Source: Catajapyx aquilonaris (Eukaryota). From it: 24,583 nt of DNA. This document shows, piece by piece, positions 21,145 to 24,583 of the stretch. The first letter of the stretch is position 1; the number at the start of each line of letters is the position of its first letter. Both the position numbers and the translations under genes were made by a program. The notes beneath the pieces were generated by a model. It saw nothing but the letters and a program-made list of their open reading frames with translations. It was not told the DNA's origin and made no database searches. The stretch lies in the NCBI GenBank assembly GCA_000934665.2, contig JYFJ02001225.1, positions 62,001-86,583 on the forward strand, given 5' to 3'.

Positions 21145-21360
21145 TTGGCTTATTGCAAACTTAATGTATAATAATGTGCATGGTTTAAGGCAGTCATATT
21201 CAGTAGCAATTTATTTGATTTACCATGTTGGTATTTCTGTATTCAATATGCCATCGATCAAGTACGTAGCATCGGCGGTTGACATTAGCATAACAGATAG
21301 CGGCATGATTGTGGGTGACTTGGGGATTGGAAATCAGACAACTTAGGCTAGCATGAGGGA

Positions 21361-21514
21361 CCGTATTTTACAGCATACAAGACAGGTATATATGTACATA
21401 TTTCATCAAATCGTATTCAGAAAAGAAAAAAACGTTCTTAGATAAGATGCAGGGCGATTTTTTTCAGCAATTTTTTGGCGGGGTAAAGTGCGTCTTACAT
21501 ACGGTGCTCTAAGG
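21361..21514. mobile_element. Degenerate Tc1/mariner (pogo-like) MITE
   Basis: The left end ccgtattttacagcatacaagac and right end aaagtgcgtcttacatacggtgctctaagg resemble the CCGTATTT..GTATAAGACG terminal pattern, with an internal ataagatgca copy. The TA TSD is not preserved. Confidence 0.4.
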
Positions 21515-22635
21515 ACAACCACAACTGGTGATACAACCTTACACAGCGATAAGTGTCTTGACATGACTGATATTACCTCTTTCGTCATACTTTTGGATAG
21601 AACAGCACAAGTTGCCAGCCACGATAAAAATGCAACACTGTCAAAAGAACATCTGTGTTGATCTTTTTTTCTTAAATTTATACTTAACATTTCCACCCCC
21701 GGTGTGGCCACCACTGCCAAAAAAGCTCTAAAACTGCGCCAAAGGGCACACATATTTTTGTTCCACTCCAAGTAAAAATAGCGCCAGAAATAATCCTGCC
21801 ACTCATACACCTTTTGTAAAAAAAAACTTCTGCCATATTTAATATCCTGCCTCCAATGACCTCTTATGACCTCTCACCCCCAAAAACAAACCGCTCCGTT
21901 ATTTTCTTCTCCTAATTTATGTTCTTTGGAAACAAACACGCAGCGAGCACGTCCGAATAATATTCATCTGCGGTGCGCACTTGCGTTCTGGTATATACCT
22001 GGTGTTCCCCTCCGATCCTCTCGAGTGTGTCTGCCGGGTCGGATGGCCGTCCCCTGGGCAGGATTTGAGAGGATTTCCCAGCAGGAGAGGAGACGATCGA
22101 CGCTTTGGGATCCCTTTTCCCCCCCCCTCCGATCAGCAGACCAGCCAGATCACGGCGGCCATCTTGGAACCTTTTTTTTTTCTTTTTTTCCCCCCCTTTC
22201 TTCTCACCCCCCCTACCCCCCTCCCCCCTTGTTGTTGCTGGCCTCCCTCGGGTGACGTCACGGGAGTAGGATTGCCAACCGAAGATGGGAATAACATTGA
22301 GTCACGAGGAGAGCGGGGGTTGGGAACAGTGGGCGGTTTTGGCGGGAAGTGGGAGGGCGGGAAAATACGGTAGATGACGCTTAGCTACCGTATTGTTTGG
22401 CGTCATTTTTTTTGCACGCCGTTTTTTTGCATATTGCAGTTGTATAGAAAAATGGTGCTGACGTCATGATTGAACAAGTTACTTACGGAGTTGATGGCAA
22501 TAAAATATTTACAGGTTTTAATTTTTGTTCCTGCCTATAATACAAAGTGACCCCCGGACATGTAGGTACGAATCGTATTGTATTGTTGGTTGCCAGTTGT
22601 CAATCAACAATCACTCTGTATTTAGTTTATCCTAT

Positions 22636-23205
22636 TATGTACTCAGTGTATACAGTATTTAGATAAGCTTATACAGTATGTACTTAGTGTATACAGTATG
22701 TGCTAAGTGTATACAGTATGTACTCAGTGTATACAGTATTTAGATAAGCTTATACAGTATGTACTTAGTGTATACAGTATGTGCTAAGTGTATACAGTAT
22801 GTACTCAGTGTATACAGTATGTGCTAAGTGTATACAGTATGTACTCAGTGTATACAGTATTTAGATAAGCTTATACAGTATGTACTTAGTGTATACAGTA
22901 TGTACTAAGTGTATACAGCATGTACTAAAGTAAGTGTATTCAGTATGTACTAAGTGTATACAGTATGTGCTAAGTGTATACAGTATGTACCAAGAGCTAA
23001 TGGTATGTACTAACAAGTAAGTGCATACAGTATGTACTAACAAGTAGGTGCATACAGTATGTACTAACAAGTAGGTGCATACAGTATATACTAACAAGTA
23101 GGCGCATACAGTATGTACTAACAAGTAGGCGCATACAGTATGTACTAACAAGTAGGTGTATACCATATTTAGAAAAGTTTATACAGTACGTACTAAGATT
23201 ATACG
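22636..23205. repeat. Minisatellite: 20/21-bp units with an 81-bp higher-order repeat, switching to 27-bp units
   Basis: A=tatgtactcagtgtatacag, B=tatttagataagcttatacag, C=tatgtacttagtgtatacag, D=tatgtgctaagtgtatacag. The order is ABCD ABCD AD ABC, then variants, then six copies of tatgtactaacaagtaggtgcatacag-type 27-mers (23004-23165). Confidence 0.97.
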
Positions 23206-23485
23206 AAATCAACCACTTTACGGTTCATTATGGATCATAGTACAGTACATGCCAAAGAGTATTTTTGCCGAGAATGACTGACAAATTTCATGACTTCACT
23301 CATTTTTTAAATCATTGCTTTCAACGAATAGTGCAGAATGAGCTTATTTCATAGATCATAGCATTGCTGAGCGCTTCTTCTATTATCTCAAAGTGTGTAG
23401 CAGTCACATATTTTTTGGGCCTCAATTTTATTTTTCCATGCAGTTAAATAGTAGTGGCGACTGTTCTCTAGTTGAATAACGTTAC

Positions 23486-23526
23486 CTGGAAAATGTGATC
23501 TTGATGGTTGCGGGAAGATCCGGTCA
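23486..23526 (-). other. Candidate 41-nt pumilio 5'-UTR exon
   Basis: The minus strand reads gccatttcAG/tgaccggatcttcccgcaaccatcaagatcacattttccag/GTaacg. An upstream exon is expected because the ATG exon starts with an acceptor. The support is splice signals only. Confidence 0.25.
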
Positions 23527-23782
23527 CTGAAATGGCACATAATTGTGATGACCAAATGCCAGATTGGTTACATTTTGGCTGAAATTATAAACTCTAAAAG
23601 CATTTGGACTTTCCGTCTTCATACATTAATGCTAACACTAACATATGCAGGGTGCAATTCTTTACATGGAGCCTAAAATCAATTGCGCATTGAGATTATA
23701 AGGTAAATGCCTGACTAGCAGAGAAAAGCCTCAGTTGGTTAGTTGTAGTCCTTGACGTGGCAAGCACATAATGGACTATTAA

Positions 23783-23950
23783 GGCCCATACACACAGGCG
23801 GTCGACAGTTTTGGTCTTTGGTTGGGTTGACGCCGCGGACCAAGCAACAAGCACAACACAAGTGTTGAGCTTGTTTACACGAGTCATGATTGGTCCGTGG
23901 CGTCAACGCGACCAAAGACCAAAACCGTCAACCGCCTATGTGTATACTTG
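23783..23950. mobile_element. PIF/Harbinger-type MITE, 168 bp, ~60-bp arms, TAA TSD
   Basis: atacacacaggcggtcgacagttttggtctttggttgggttgacgccgcggaccaa mirrors ttggtccgtggcgtcaacgcgaccaaagaccaaaaccgtcaaccgcctatgtgtat. The left end is GGCCCATACACAC. TAA lies at 23780-23782 and 23951-23953, equidistant from the arms. Confidence 0.85.
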
Positions 23951-24583
23951 TAAGAACTTCAACCATATCAGTATTTAAAATAAAGGAAAGATGGATCACA
24001 TTCCCCGCGTTGCAAAGTACTGCGATAAGTCAACCCATTTTTTCACATCGCCAGAAGAATCGAAACACAATGACTTCTAACGCACTTTTTATTTTGATCA
24101 TATAAAAAATTTGCATCGGAAGCCACTCTAAGGCCTCCAATTATTTTTAATATATTCTTTTTTTTTCACATTGGGTGGGATGGACTCTTCATGTCTATCG
24201 TCTGAAACTGTCCTGTACAATATGCACATGTGATATTAATAATGGACAAAAAAAAAAATAATCCAAAGGGAAAACAAAAAAAATGGCCACGTAAAAAGTT
24301 GTTTGGCCTCTTGTGTACTGTGTAGGTAAACAATCTGCTCATTTCAATCTTGGATTCAAGCAGAAATGTACAGCCTCAAAAATTCAATCTAGTATACTAA
24401 CACACCATTACACACAGGAAAAAATAATTAACTGAAAATAATTAAATCATGTGGCAATCTACCCGTGGACACTAATATTTTTTTTTTCTCAATCTTTCAG
24501 TTTTCTTCATTGTTAAAAGGTAAAGGGGGAGGGGGAGAAAGGTGGGGATGCAAAAGGTGGGAGGGGGAGGGGGGCCAAGGGGG

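Noticed and set aside
22005..22060. Possible cloning-vector polylinker (gatcctctcgagt...tggccgtc)
   Set aside because: The resemblance to a pUC-type polylinker is only patchy. A vector screen would be needed.
22636..23205. CRISPR-like array or coding repeats (ORFs 22861-23166, 22997-23212)
   Set aside because: The units are contiguous with no unique spacers, there are no cas genes and the context is eukaryotic. The ORFs are just translations of the 27-bp period.
24524..24583. G-quadruplex-forming G-tracts
   Set aside because: They lie at the window end in a block resembling the other suspected low-quality ends, so the sequence itself is doubtful.

Overview
This is eukaryotic (animal) genomic DNA, mostly intronic and repeat-rich. 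The anchor is the 5' part of a pumilio (PUF-family) gene on the minus strand. Three coding exons are recognisable: 20502-20407 (MKWLAGDLPEE...), 20145-19987 (...RSQDDAMVGYVFQRP...RWALGD...) and 1244-1136 (IAPSAKKLWGVEE...WRDATWSTS). All have canonical AG/GT ends and compatible phases. The motif variants look arthropod-like, which is an inference. The apparent ~18.7 kb gap between the second and third exons, and the upstream region, contain many MITE-like palindromes (mostly PIF/Harbinger type with TAA or CWG target duplications). They also contain a MITE-seeded ~200 bp tandem triplication, a fold-back RTE retrotransposon 5'-UTR motif, a decayed LINE endonuclease fragment, a structured 20/27-bp minisatellite, and one unexplained 192-codon plus-strand ORF ending in a GPI-signal-like tail. 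Homopolymer-rich, strand-skewed blocks recur every 2-5 kb, two of them with an N. They look like low-quality read or contig ends, so the window may be concatenated draft contigs with uncertain order and orientation. I found no convincing novel multi-gene system. The best leads are the nested ORF, the RTE fold-back and the MITE-derived tandem array.
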